Origin: Nitrosopumilus sp.
Lineage (GTDB): Archaea > Thermoproteota > Nitrososphaeria > Nitrososphaerales > Nitrosopumilaceae
Direction of reading: 5' to 3'
DNA: 29,090 nt
Assembly: GCA_965218695.1 (NCBI GenBank)
Contig: CBDCLR010000003.1
Span: 1-29,090, forward strand
The translations under genes and the position numbers were made by a program. The first letter of the stretch is position 1; each line of letters starts with the position of its first letter. Below the pieces are notes generated by a model that saw only the letters and a list, made by a program, of their open reading frames with translations, made no database searches and was not told the DNA's origin. Shown in pieces: positions 18,282-28,140 of the stretch.

Positions 18282-18286
18282 GCTTC

Positions 18287-20674
18287 ATGGGATGTGAAAT
18301 TGCTCTGACTAGGAAAGTTGGATCTGATTCACTGCAACCTTTGGATACCCATTTGGAACATGCTATACCTGCGCACAGACACACATCAATGTATTCCATG
18401 CACAAATATTGGGCTCGAAAACCTGCCAATGTTGTCAGTGAATATATCTTCACTTATGCCAGAGAGGGGGAAACTGTACTTGATCCGTTCAATGGTAGTG
18501 GGGTAACTGTTCTAGAGGCAATCAAACTAGATCGAAAAGCCATAGGAGTGGATGTGGATCCAACATCAATTTTCATCACTGAGGCCACAGCTGTGAACAT
18601 TCACATGGAGTCTTTGAAGAATGCGTTTGAATGCATAAAGAAAAACGTGTATGGGCCGATCAGAAAATATTATGTTACACTTTGTCCACATTGTAAGAAA
18701 GAATCCGAAATAGTACAACTGTTGATTGAGGATGGAAGTCCATTCCAAATCAACTATAGGTGCCAGTACTGTAAGATAAAAGAGATAAAATCGTTTGATA
18801 AAAATGATGAGAAGTACAACAGGAAAATAAATAAAATGAAAATCCCATACTGGGTTCCGCGTGACAATCTCATTCCAAACTCCCGCATCAACATCTCTCC
18901 CAACATGAAAGTCACCGATCTCTTCAGTCACAGAAACCTAATTGTTTTGTCAATAATCTTCAACGAGATTGAGAAAATAAAAAATAAAAAAATTAAACTC
19001 GTATTAAAACTGGCATTCACATCTTCTCTGGCACAGTGCTCAAAATTGCTGGTGAGAACTCCTGGCTCTGGCCCCAGTTGGAAGGTTAGAGGATTCTGGA
19101 TTCCCCCTACCCGATATGAAATGAATGTGTGGCACTATTTCAAAAACCGATTCGATAAAGTGGTTAAAGGCAAGGAAGAGACCTGTAGGATAATAGGTGA
19201 AAAACACAAGAATCTGAAACTGTATAATGCCTCTTCAACAAACATGTCATTTATAGGGAACAGTACGGTGGACTACATCTTCACTGACCCGCCTTATGGG
19301 GACAGCGTCCCGTATTTAGAACTCAATCGAATATGGTCTACTTGGTTGAAGGAAGAACCGTTGTTCGACGACGAAATTGTAATTTCAGACAGTTCGAAAC
19401 GGAAGATGAAAAATCGGAATAATTATGCCAAACTGATGCGGAGTTCCTACAAGGAAATGTTTCGTGTTCTGAAACCAGGTAAGTTCATGACAGTTACGTT
19501 TCACAATACGGATATATTCCTGTATAATTTGATTATCGGAACAGCTATAATAACTGGTTTTGAATTGGAGAAATCTGTGTATCAACCACCGGCAAGTGTT
19601 TCTACACAACAGCAGCTTGCGCCATATGGGAGTGCCATCGGAGATTATTATATTAGGTTCAGAAAACCCGAATCCATGAAAGAATTACATAAGATTGAAG
19701 AACTGGACAAGCAGATTTATGAAAACATTATAATCCAAAGCGTGAAAAAAATACTCGCCGAAAGGGGTGAGCCGACGGCGTACCGCCATATCGTTAACTG
19801 TTATTCTTTTATTTACGAAGAGTTAAAAAATCGAGGATATCTCTTTTCCGCCGAAAAAAGTATTGATGATGTGCTGAAAGATAACATGGGAACGGAGTTT
19901 GAGCTGGTGCATACTGAAGACAACTCCAAACTCTGGTGGTTCAAAGATCCGAATTCAGTCAAATTCATCGAACGTGTTCCGCTGACAGAACGAATCGAGA
20001 AGACAATCATTAATATGCTGAACAGGGAGGAGCGGGTATCATACGACGACATTTTACAGACTGTATACACTACATTTCCCAATTCCCTGACACCCGACAC
20101 AGTCTCAATTCTGTCAATTCTTAAGGAATATGCTGAAAAAACAAACGATAAGAAATGGAGGGCAAAACTTCTGGTAAAAATCAGGATCTCAGAGCATGAC
20201 AGCATAGTAAACAATCTCTGTAAGATGGGTGAAAAGTGTGGTTTAGATGTTTATGGTGACACAGAAAAATACCGGCACCAACTAAAATTTAAAGAATTAC
20301 CGGAGAACCTTTCACGAATACAAAAAATAGATGTTATCTGGTACAAAAATAACAAAATCGATACCATTTTCGAGGTAGAGAATACTACTGGACTTACGGA
20401 AGCACTGGTCCGTGCCTCAAACATCTCCTATGATATAAATAGAGTAATAGTAATTCCTGATGAACGTGAAAATCTACTGGTGAGGAAGGTAAACGAGCCA
20501 TTCATCCAAGAATGGCTCGAAAAACAACCATGGGCATTCATTCGTTATGACAGTTTTAACGAGTTTTATTCTGTAAATAAGAGAAAAAAACAGCTTTCCA
20601 AAAAAGCAATCCTAGCCTTGGCAGAACCCCCTAGAATGAAAAAGAATGTACAGAAATTACTTGACAATTATTAA
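18287..20674 (+). CDS. Zn-ribbon N6-adenine DNA methyltransferase with a C-terminal PD-(D/E)xK-like domain
   Basis: HKYWARKP, motif I VLDPFNGSG, CPHC...CQYC, motif IV FTDPPY, and C-terminal KIDVIWY...IFEVENTT. The exact start is uncertain. Confidence 0.88.
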   Translation: MGCEIALTRKVGSDSLQPLDTHLEHAIPAHRHTSMYSMHKYWARKPANVVSEYIFTYAREGETVLDPFNGSGVTVLEAIKLDRKAIGVDVDPTSIFITEATAVNIHMESLKNAFECIKKNVYGPIRKYYVTLCPHCKKESEIVQLLIEDGSPFQINYRCQYCKIKEIKSFDKNDEKYNRKINKMKIPYWVPRDNLIPNSRINISPNMKVTDLFSHRNLIVLSIIFNEIEKIKNKKIKLVLKLAFTSSLAQCSKLLVRTPGSGPSWKVRGFWIPPTRYEMNVWHYFKNRFDKVVKGKEETCRIIGEKHKNLKLYNASSTNMSFIGNSTVDYIFTDPPYGDSVPYLELNRIWSTWLKEEPLFDDEIVISDSSKRKMKNRNNYAKLMRSSYKEMFRVLKPGKFMTVTFHNTDIFLYNLIIGTAIITGFELEKSVYQPPASVSTQQQLAPYGSAIGDYYIRFRKPESMKELHKIEELDKQIYENIIIQSVKKILAERGEPTAYRHIVNCYSFIYEELKNRGYLFSAEKSIDDVLKDNMGTEFELVHTEDNSKLWWFKDPNSVKFIERVPLTERIEKTIINMLNREERVSYDDILQTVYTTFPNSLTPDTVSILSILKEYAEKTNDKKWRAKLLVKIRISEHDSIVNNLCKMGEKCGLDVYGDTEKYRHQLKFKELPENLSRIQKIDVIWYKNNKIDTIFEVENTTGLTEALVRASNISYDINRVIVIPDERENLLVRKVNEPFIQEWLEKQPWAFIRYDSFNEFYSVNKRKKQLSKKAILALAEPPRMKKNVQKLLDNY

Positions 20675-20758
20675 ATAGATTTTTTGTAGCCATAAGACTG
20701 AAAATTGTGATCTGCAGGCGGTATTGGACTAATTGCACCGTCAAAAAAAGCTCAATAA

Positions 20759-21079
20759 TAATGACACGCAAAAGTTCCTGTGCAATTAATCGAAAAGTTT
20801 ACAGATCAGATCTCAGCTCATGTGTGCATGGACGACATAAAACCGGAAGAACTCGAAAAGGCGTGCAAAAAGGAGAAGGACCACAAGGTTCGAACCAGAA
20901 TGGTTGCCGCCCGCATGGCACGCGTGCTTAACATGTCCGTGGAGGAGACTGCCAACCTCCAAGTACACTGTCCCACGTGGGTCCGCGACTGGCTGCGCCG
21001 TTACGACGAAGGAGGCTTCGAAGGCCTCCGGGATCTTCCCCGATGCGGGCGGCTCAGAAGAATTCCATCAGATGAATGA
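20759..21079 (+). mobile_element. truncated IS630-family left end with HTH fragment (20828..21079)
   Basis: MDDIKPEELEKACKKEKDHKVRTRM...WVRDWLRRYDEGGFEGLRDLPRCGR. The end TAATGACACGCAAAAGTTCCTG matches the TIR of the MITE at 26172 at 18 of 22 positions. Confidence 0.75.
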
Positions 21080-22390
21080 AATCAGAACCATAAACAGGAA
21101 AGACCGCAACTCAATCAGGTACATGTGCAGGACGTGCAACAAGAACTACCACGTGCCATGCCAGGAAACCACCGAGTCTGCCGTCAAAAAAGACGGCTTC
21201 ACGGACGACGCCCTGCTGGGCTTGAGCACCAGGGAGAACGTGCTAAAACTGTACGTGGACAGGGGAGAACTGATGGTGCACAACACGGTACTGGCACGCC
21301 TCAACCAGAACATGCGCCACGTCAAGATGTTCACGGACGACGTGCTCTGCTGCCTGAAGTACGGGGACGTGTGGGGGATAGACGAGACCGAGATAGAGAT
21401 ACGGGGAAGCGCTAGAGAACCAGACGCCAGCATCATGGAGAAATTCAAGGAACAGTACGGGCATCTTGAAAAGTCCGATCCGAAAACCTACAAAAACGAA
21501 TTGGAGAAGGCAAGGGAAAGATCTGAGAGATCCGCACACATAAGCATCAAGAGATGGCTCACGGGGATGATAGACCACAAGACTAGGGTCATAACCCACC
21601 ACATCATAACCGACAAGAGGCCCGCCCGCCAGGAGATATACAAACTCCTCAAAGTCGCCGTGAACGTGGCCGGAATCCCTAAAGTATTGATAACTGACAA
21701 GTACAAGGCATACTCCCCGGCGGTCAAAAGGCTGGAAAGGACACTGTACGGGAAGCCGCATTTCTTTCACCCGACAGTGGAGGTAGAAAGGCATGAAACC
21801 GGCAACAAAATAAACAAGACGCCAGTCATGGCCGCCGGCTACCCGTTGTGGTTTGCCAACTTCGAGGAACTCATCAAGGAATCTTTGGGATACGACAAGT
21901 CGTTCGTGTTCAAGCTCAAAGACGACATGCTGGCGCACCTGACGGTGGGCATACGCGAAGACAAGACGGTAGTAATCTCCGTAAAACGGGACATTCCAAC
22001 CGATACGATCATCAAGGCAGACAGGATACTCCAAACCGAATGTGGCTTCATGCTGGATTACAAAAAACGCCAATGATCGAGGGACATACCATCCATACCA
22101 GAAATGAAGGCGACCCGCACACGCAACCTGTCGGGAACGGTTCCGGTCCAGACGTTTGAGATATGCAATAAGTGCGGCTTGGTTGCCCTGACGTCGCAGG
22201 AAGTGGAGGCAACGATAGGTTATAGGCGAACAAACGGGAAGTGGATAACCCAGCCCAACTGCCACAAGTGAGGGCAGAAATATCTGCCAACACGACAAGG
22301 CGGACCGGCCCCAACAGGAACAAGACGAGCGGGGCAAGCGGCATCGTGTTTGGCAGCCAGAGAAGGGTCACGGATTACACGCCAGATTAG
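21073..22390 (+). pseudogene. degraded IS6-like DDE transposase with a C-terminal Zn finger
   Basis: YMCRTC, WGIDETE, LITDKYKAY and KTPVMAAG; the third catalytic segment appears deleted. Past TGA 22074-22076 the frame continues CNKCG...GYRRTNGK..QPNCHK, then frameshifts to TAG 22388-22390. Confidence 0.7.
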
Positions 22391-22401
22391 CCCTTTCGGG
22401 C

Positions 22402-23513
22402 TAGAGTGACGCTCATTGAAAATTTCGCCTCAAACGCAGCGGTACAGAAACTTGTAGATGTCAAGCCTGATTGAACACGTCCTGAAATATTCGGACACCG
22501 CATGCGTCAGGTCCTCCAGTGTCTCGTAGTGTTCGGAGGTGACAAGCCTGTACTTTGCATCCTTCCATACGGACTCGACTGCGCCGAGCCTCGGCATGGC
22601 GGTGGGCAGGTACAGGATCTCCAATCCGTCGTGCTCCTCCAGATACTTCAGCACATCCCTGTGCTTGTGCTGGCTTGCGTTGTCTGTTACGAGGAGGACC
22701 TTGCCCCCATTTCCGGCTGGCCTCCTTGAGGTATCTCACGAACGTCGGGCCGTCGAGCCTTTCGTACTGCTGCATCAGCCTGATTCCGTCTTCGGCAAGC
22801 GCGCCGAACACGATGGTTCTGTCCCTCCTGCCGTGCCTGCTGACAGTCACTGGATCCCCGACGCGCGACCACAGCTTCCTTCCGTTTGTCCCAATCCTGA
22901 TGAATATGGACTCGTCCTGCACCACGACTGCGAATCCGCGCCTTTTTGCCCCCGATATCGTGCCTGCGGCGCCTGCCTGCCACTGCCTTACCGCGTCGGC
23001 GCCAGCTGCCGAGGCATACATGGTAGCAGACCTCTTGGACGAGAACCCGAGGAAGCGCAGGATCCTGCGCACGCTGCACAGGCTGTACCTGGCATCGAGT
23101 CTTCCGCGTATCTGGTTTCGCAGCTTTCTCGGGGTGAGCATGTTCTTGCCGGCAAGCCTGTCGGCCAGTTTCCTGATCCGCCCGTACCTTGCACGGGAAG
23201 CCCTGCCCCTGCCGGGGGCGTCCCGGAGGCCACCGATGCCGCCCTCGTCGAACCGCGCCACCTACAGCTGGACCGTGCGCCGGTCCACGTCTGCGAAGTA
23301 CGCCGCGTCCTTTGTGGGGTATCCCGCGAGTATTCCGCGCACCGCCATCATCCTGTTGCGGATCCGAATATCTCTCTCTGCATGCATGGCCTCCGTCAGC
23401 TCCCGGATCTTCTTGTCAGTCTCGTCCATGGGTGGCTTGTCGATCTGGTGATCAAAAAGCTTTTCTGTCTAGCTGCACTTCAGGAGGCGAAATTATTTGT
23501 GAGCGTGACTCTA
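22402..23513 (-). mobile_element. full-length IS630-family element with an inactivated transposase (23429..22430)
   Basis: TIRs TAGAGTGACGCTCATTGAAAATTTCGCCTC and GAGGCGAAATTATTTGTGAGCGTGACTCTA, with CTAG at both ends (TA duplication). DDE motifs VQDES / TDNASQH / LGAVESVW; nonsense TAG at 23264-23262 and a frameshift in a G-run near 22705. Confidence 0.93.
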
Positions 23514-23530
23514 GGGTACAAGTATGGCTC

Positions 23531-23707
23531 AGCTCACTTTTGAACAACCTTGTGGAGGGCACCACATTTTTGAACACCGTGATGAAATGCGGCGGGATCA
23601 AATCTGGAGTAGACACTAAAACACACTTTTGAATAGCGAACGGCAGAGATCACCAAAATTTACCAGAGTCGTTGAATTTAGTAAGATCCACAAATTTGAA
23701 CAGAACC
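23531..23707. mobile_element. partial MITE and stacked IS6-like element ends
   Basis: Repeats AGCTCACTTTTGAACAAC (23531), CACATTTTTGAACACC (23563) and CACTTTTGAATAGC (23624). The TIR GATCACCAAAATTTACCAGAGTC (23648-23670) resembles the MITE at 25405, and a second end GATCCACAAATTTGAACAGAACC lies at 23685-23707. Confidence 0.65.
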
Positions 23708-23744
23708 ACGGAGGTTAACATACTGTCATAAGATCTAATCCAAA

Positions 23745-24638
23745 TTATTTAGTTTCTAATGAGATGGTATTTACAAGTGATATATCGGAACCTTCAATAA
23801 TTTTAGCTGTGTTTGAACTTCTTTTCTTCATATCCTGTACAGATTGTACATACAATTTCCAGACCAAATTCCATAAAGTAGACTCTGATCTAATACATTC
23901 AGCATTTAGTTTTAAAACATTTTTTGCTTCACGCCAATCAATTACTTTGCCATGGGATTTGTAGATTTGTCCATCCGATAACCATTTAGCTACTTTCTCA
24001 GCTTGATCATGATCATCTTTCAACATATATTTAGTGAGCCAGTTTTTAGCAAAACATTCAGCCTCGTCTATGGCGGAAGTGCAAGTTGATATTATCTCTG
24101 GTCGTACTTTTTGCAACATTGCGGTATACAAAGAAGGCGGATCACCGTTTTTGACTTTTTCTCTGACCAACTCAAGACCATCAATGAATGAACGTGCCGG
24201 AATTATTTCATCATTTATCTGGATTTGAGGGTCAATTGGGCCTAGCTCTGCAAGATACCCCATCATTATTTTGTCTGCTCCAAGACACATCATTGTAGCT
24301 GCACTTTTAGCGAAGTTTGGCACTATGATAGTAAATCCTTCGGTAAATCGCTCTCTGCACATAAAAAGTAGTTTTTCTGCCGTATTTCCATCACCTCCAC
24401 TTGAATTTAATATTAAAAATCCTTTTTTGGTATCGCTGATAGTGCGCAACGCATCTTCGAAAGGAATTGTGTCATCACTCTGAATAAAAGATAAAGGATG
24501 ATTGGGATTTTCTAAGTATGAGATAACCTTTCCTCCTAGTTCTTCTTCAATACGGTTAATTAATTTTAAACGAAGATTACGAGAGTTGTCACTTTTTAAA
24601 ATATTACTCAAAACTGGCCCATTAGAATTATTACTCAT
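23745..24638 (-). CDS. SDH-family ClpP/crotonase-fold serine protease
   Basis: LILNSSGGDG, VPNFAKSAATMMCLGADKIMMG, ELGPIDPQ and YKSHGKVI; visibly AT-rich. Confidence 0.85.
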   Translation of the reverse strand: MSNNSNGPVLSNILKSDNSRNLRLKLINRIEEELGGKVISYLENPNHPLSFIQSDDTIPFEDALRTISDTKKGFLILNSSGGDGNTAEKLLFMCRERFTEGFTIIVPNFAKSAATMMCLGADKIMMGYLAELGPIDPQIQINDEIIPARSFIDGLELVREKVKNGDPPSLYTAMLQKVRPEIISTCTSAIDEAECFAKNWLTKYMLKDDHDQAEKVAKWLSDGQIYKSHGKVIDWREAKNVLKLNAECIRSESTLWNLVWKLYVQSVQDMKKRSSNTAKIIEGSDISLVNTISLETK

Positions 24639-24784
24639 GTATCTGAATAGGTATGGTATATCTTATATTTAGTTTGTGTTTTTTGATCTAATATGTCAAG
24701 AATTCTTTTAAGTTCCTTAAATTCTTCAGTCTCCTGCTCGCTATCGTTTATTATGTCTTCTACAAATGTCTCTAATGTACCCAT
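24635..24784 (-). CDS. 49-aa micro-ORF coupled to the protease (not in the ORF track)
   Basis: MGTLETFVEDIINDSEQETEEFKELKRILDILDQKTQTKYKIYHTYSDT*; its TGA overlaps the protease ATG (ATGA). Confidence 0.6.
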   Translation of the reverse strand: MGTLETFVEDIINDSEQETEEFKELKRILDILDQKTQTKYKIYHTYSDT

Positions 24785-24884
24785 ATTATAGAATATCGTT
24801 AAGCCCATACATATTAGTTTCGAAAGATAAATGAAGATTGAACCAATTCAAAAAAAACTGTTAGAAGTGAAAGTATGATAACAT

Positions 24885-25025
24885 CCGTCCACGTACTGTA
24901 CGTGGCAGGTTACCCCTATCGGATCATGGCCCATGAGGCCTGCACAGTGAATGGAGCGATCCGAGCTGCTTTCGTTAGTGGGACGCACGATCCCTGATAG
25001 GTGGCTGCAGCTTCCGGCCTGTCGC
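24885..25025 (+). ncRNA. candidate IS110 bridge-RNA-like structured leader
   Basis: Non-coding end 5' of the IS110 recombinase. Stems: CCACGTAC/GTACGTGG (24889-24905), TCGGATC/GATCCGA (24919-24925 / 24958-24964) and CCTATC/GATAGG (24915-24920 / 24996-25001). Confidence 0.4.
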
Positions 25026-25048
25026 AAATGGAAAAAGGAGGTGAGAAA

Positions 25049-25404
25049 ATGAAAAGCACAGAAATCGACATCGGAAAAAGAAGATGCATAGTCTGCATCA
25101 TGGACCGGAACGGAACCGTCCTGGAGGAGGCGGGATACGAGAACACCTACGCCGCGGCAGACGCGCTTGCAAGGAAGGCAAGAAGAGAGTATGGGAAATG
25201 CCAAACGGTGTGCGGGTCGACGGGAAATCTTTGGATCAAGGCGTACGAGGCGTTTGAGGATCACGGCATACCGATCGAGCTTGCCAACCCCATGAAGGTG
25301 AGGGCCATAGCGGAGGCCGGCGTCAAGACCGACAAGGTGGACGCAAGGACTTTGGTGCACCTGCTGCGGACGAACCTTATCGCAAGGTGTCACGTGGCAG
25401 AAAT
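25049..25404 (+). pseudogene. truncated IS110-family recombinase (N-terminal DEDD RuvC-like domain only)
   Basis: GGAGGTGA RBS at 25037-25044; EIDIGK, VCGSTG (E apparently lost), ANPMKVRAI and KTDKVDA. It is cut off by the MITE at 25405. Confidence 0.88.
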
Positions 25405-25645
25405 GGCTCTGGTACATTTAGGTGATCTCCGCATGTCGCTGTTCAATAAGTGAGCTCGAGATCTCCAGGTTTGCTCCCTGCGGCTCTCGTCGGCGCCGTC
25501 CTGCCGTTAAAAAGTAGTGATCCGTTCTGCCGCGGTGTTCAAAGGTGAGCTGCGGACCCTGCTGTTAAATTCAGGTGATCCTCAGTCCGGTCCAGCTCAC
25601 TTCTTGAACAGCAGCCCACGGGAATCACCTAAATTTACCAGAGCC
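25405..25645. mobile_element. 241-bp MITE with GGCTCTGGTA-type (IS6/IS1595-like) TIRs and internal repeats
   Basis: GGCTCTGGTACATTTAGGTGAT and ATCACCTAAATTTACCAGAGCC match at 21 of 22 positions. There is no coding capacity and no clear TSD. Confidence 0.85.
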
Positions 25646-25826
25646 ATACGGTAGGTCTGGCACTATTTGATCATGTTGCTGCCCTCCGGCGGTCCGCCGG
25701 CGGAGAAGTTGCTAATTGTGAATCACTTCTCAGGTTTGGGTCCTTTCTGGAGACTGGAGCGGTTGTAGCTGATTGAGCGTGGAAAAACGACATAAACTAG
25801 AAAACTAACCAGTCTTACACTGATAC

Positions 25827-27935
25827 ATGGTAAGAATCAGGTTTGCGGAGATCAGTGGGCTGTACTCCTACAGCAGCGAAAAGAACAAGATCAACTTCGG
25901 AGAAAAGACAGTGATTATAGGCACAAACAACGCAGGCAAGTCCTCGATCTTCAAAGCGTTGAAGTTATTCCTAAAGACCCTGACGGAGTTTGATAATTTG
26001 AACCGGAAGCCGTGGGACAAACACGGTGTCCACGAGATGACAGTGGGGCTAACACTGGACTGTGAGGAGAGACGCTATGCAGCTGAGGTACTCTTGGTAC
26101 TTTACAGAAGGGAGAGCGGCTCGTTTAGTCTGGCGCCAGAAGATGCAGCAAAGCGGCTTGAACCGGAACTATAGCGCCGATCATAAATTCGTGCAGAACA
26201 TTGACCAGCACCTATTGGAATCGATCACAACTAGTCAAAAGAAAAGTGTATTCCATGAAGGATTTGACTCCATAAGTGGATTTTTAAGCGTATCAAAGCC
26301 TTACGGTCTGCTTACACACTGCACGAATTTTTGCGTGTCGCTATAGAGCAGATAAGCCTCACAATTAGGTGGGACGACAGCAGCAGGCAGTATACTTCCT
26401 ACCAGACGGAGTATACTCTTCATTTGGAGAACCTAGGGATTGCGGTATGCGCAACCGGTTACAATGGAGATGCCTGGGTGCTTGAGCGTCCCAAGTTTCC
26501 CATCCAGCATGGAACAAATCCGGTACCGGTTTTCAATGTGATAGCAGATCTGGTTGGAGCTGATTCGGAAACAAAGACACTCGGCGCCGTTCTGGGACAG
26601 CAGAGCGTCCAAGTCTCTAAATTTCCAAATTTCACGTTCGAAGTAAAGACGAAAACACCGCTTCGCGACAGGAGGAGGGTTGAATTCGTAGCAGGAATGT
26701 CTGGAAACAGAACCTTCAGAGATGAACGTTCGTTATTCGTGATGCTAGGCTACATGCTAGGGCAGAGATTCGCATTCGTCTCGGAGCGCAGAAACTTTCT
26801 GGAATCCAACGACCTTGAGAAGCTGCCCCTCAAGGACGACGGAAGCAACCTGCAGAGCTTTCTGTTCTGGCTTCAAAACGGCAGCAAGGACAGGCGCGAG
26901 AAATACTCTGCAATTCAAAAGAGGTTTGAGGCCGTACTAGGGAGGCAGAACCTGTCATTTGCCGTCTCGGTAGTCGAAAAGGGAGAGCAACAGGATCCGC
27001 TCAGCGAGGGCGCGCCAAAGGGGATCTACCCGAGCGGGGCAACCATACTGTTTGACGAAACCTCCAAGCAGGGGCAAAGGTCTGCAGACTTTATGTCTGT
27101 TGGTGCCGGAGTCCGGGAAACGCTGTTTCTGCTCACAAAGTGCTTTGAACGTAGAGACCGTGTAATCCTGCTCGATGAGCCGGTTACCAGCCTACATCCT
27201 ACGCAGATCAGGAGGCTGATGGATGAGATCCTGACTCCCAATGATCAGGGCGTGGGATCCGGCCAGGTTGTGATCATCACGCACTCTCCGCTACTGGCAA
27301 GCCGTGAAATGCTCGCCTCCGCAAACGAGATAGTCCGGGTCGACAGACCGGCGTACAGCCGAATCGTGCAGCCATCCGGAGATGACAAGCGTTGGATAGA
27401 GGGGAATCTGGCTGCGTTTCACCTGCTAAAGTCAGATATCCTGTTCGCGAAGAAAGTGGTCTTAGTAGAAGGCTCGGCAGACAAGTTCTTTCTTGAAGCC
27501 ATCCTGAACCACGACAAGGAGCACGGAGCTGCAGTGGAGGACATAGCGGTTACGGACGTTGGCGGCAGCTCATTTGACAGATTCCGGAAACTTTTGGGAA
27601 TCTTTGAGATTCCCTTTGTAATCCTGGCAGACAATGACGCAAAGAATCGGTTCGACCCAGACGAAGTACTGGAGATAAACTCCAAATCCCTCTCGCAGGC
27701 TGACGATGGAGGCAAAACCGTATATCTTTTAGAGAAAGATCTTGAGTATTATCTGTCCTGCTTGGAACCAAGCTTGCACGAGGAGATCACAAGGGAGTTT
27801 AGGACAAAGCCGGAGCGGGCATACCACTTTGTCAAAAGGTTCTTTGCAGGGGACGATTCGAACGCAGTCCGGGACACCCTTCCGCTAAGGCATCTGAGGG
27901 AATGGATAATGAAAGATTCCGGCAGTGTCGGCTAG
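25827..27935 (+). pseudogene. OLD-family ATP-dependent nuclease (ABC ATPase plus TOPRIM), interrupted by a MITE
   Basis: Walker A GTNNAGKSS in 25827..26174. SVGAG, ILLDEP, ITHSP and TOPRIM VLVEGSAD...ILADND in the distal part. Both parts are in the same frame. Confidence 0.9.
26172..26343. mobile_element. 172-bp IS630-type MITE with TA duplication
   Basis: TIRs TAGCGCCGATCATAAATTCGTGCAG and CTGCACGAATTTTTGCGTGTCGCTA, with TA at 26170-26171 and 26344-26345. The empty site is CTAG. Confidence 0.92.
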
Positions 27936-28140
27936 CAGGGAGCGGTACGCGTGGCGCTGTAACGTAGCATAGTCGCGGCCATAATGATTCGACGTTTTCT
28001 CCGTCAAAAAATCCACAAATAGCCTAACCGGTCAGATGCGCGCCGGATTGGCACCAAAGCAAAGATTCATCGATCGGCAGATCTCCTGCGCCACCCGTGA
28101 GCCATAAAACCGTCCAAAAACAGGCCGACGCGGCACCGGG

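Noticed and set aside
17409-23264. In-frame TAG codons in two IS630 transposases as amber/pyrrolysine recoding
   Set aside because: Each is one substitution from a sense codon (CAG/GAG, TGG), one copy also has a frameshift, TAG ends normal genes here (dndA, dndD), and no pyl genes are present.
22539-23543. Long plus-strand ORFs (334 and 298 aa)
   Set aside because: Antisense shadows of the minus-strand IS630 element.
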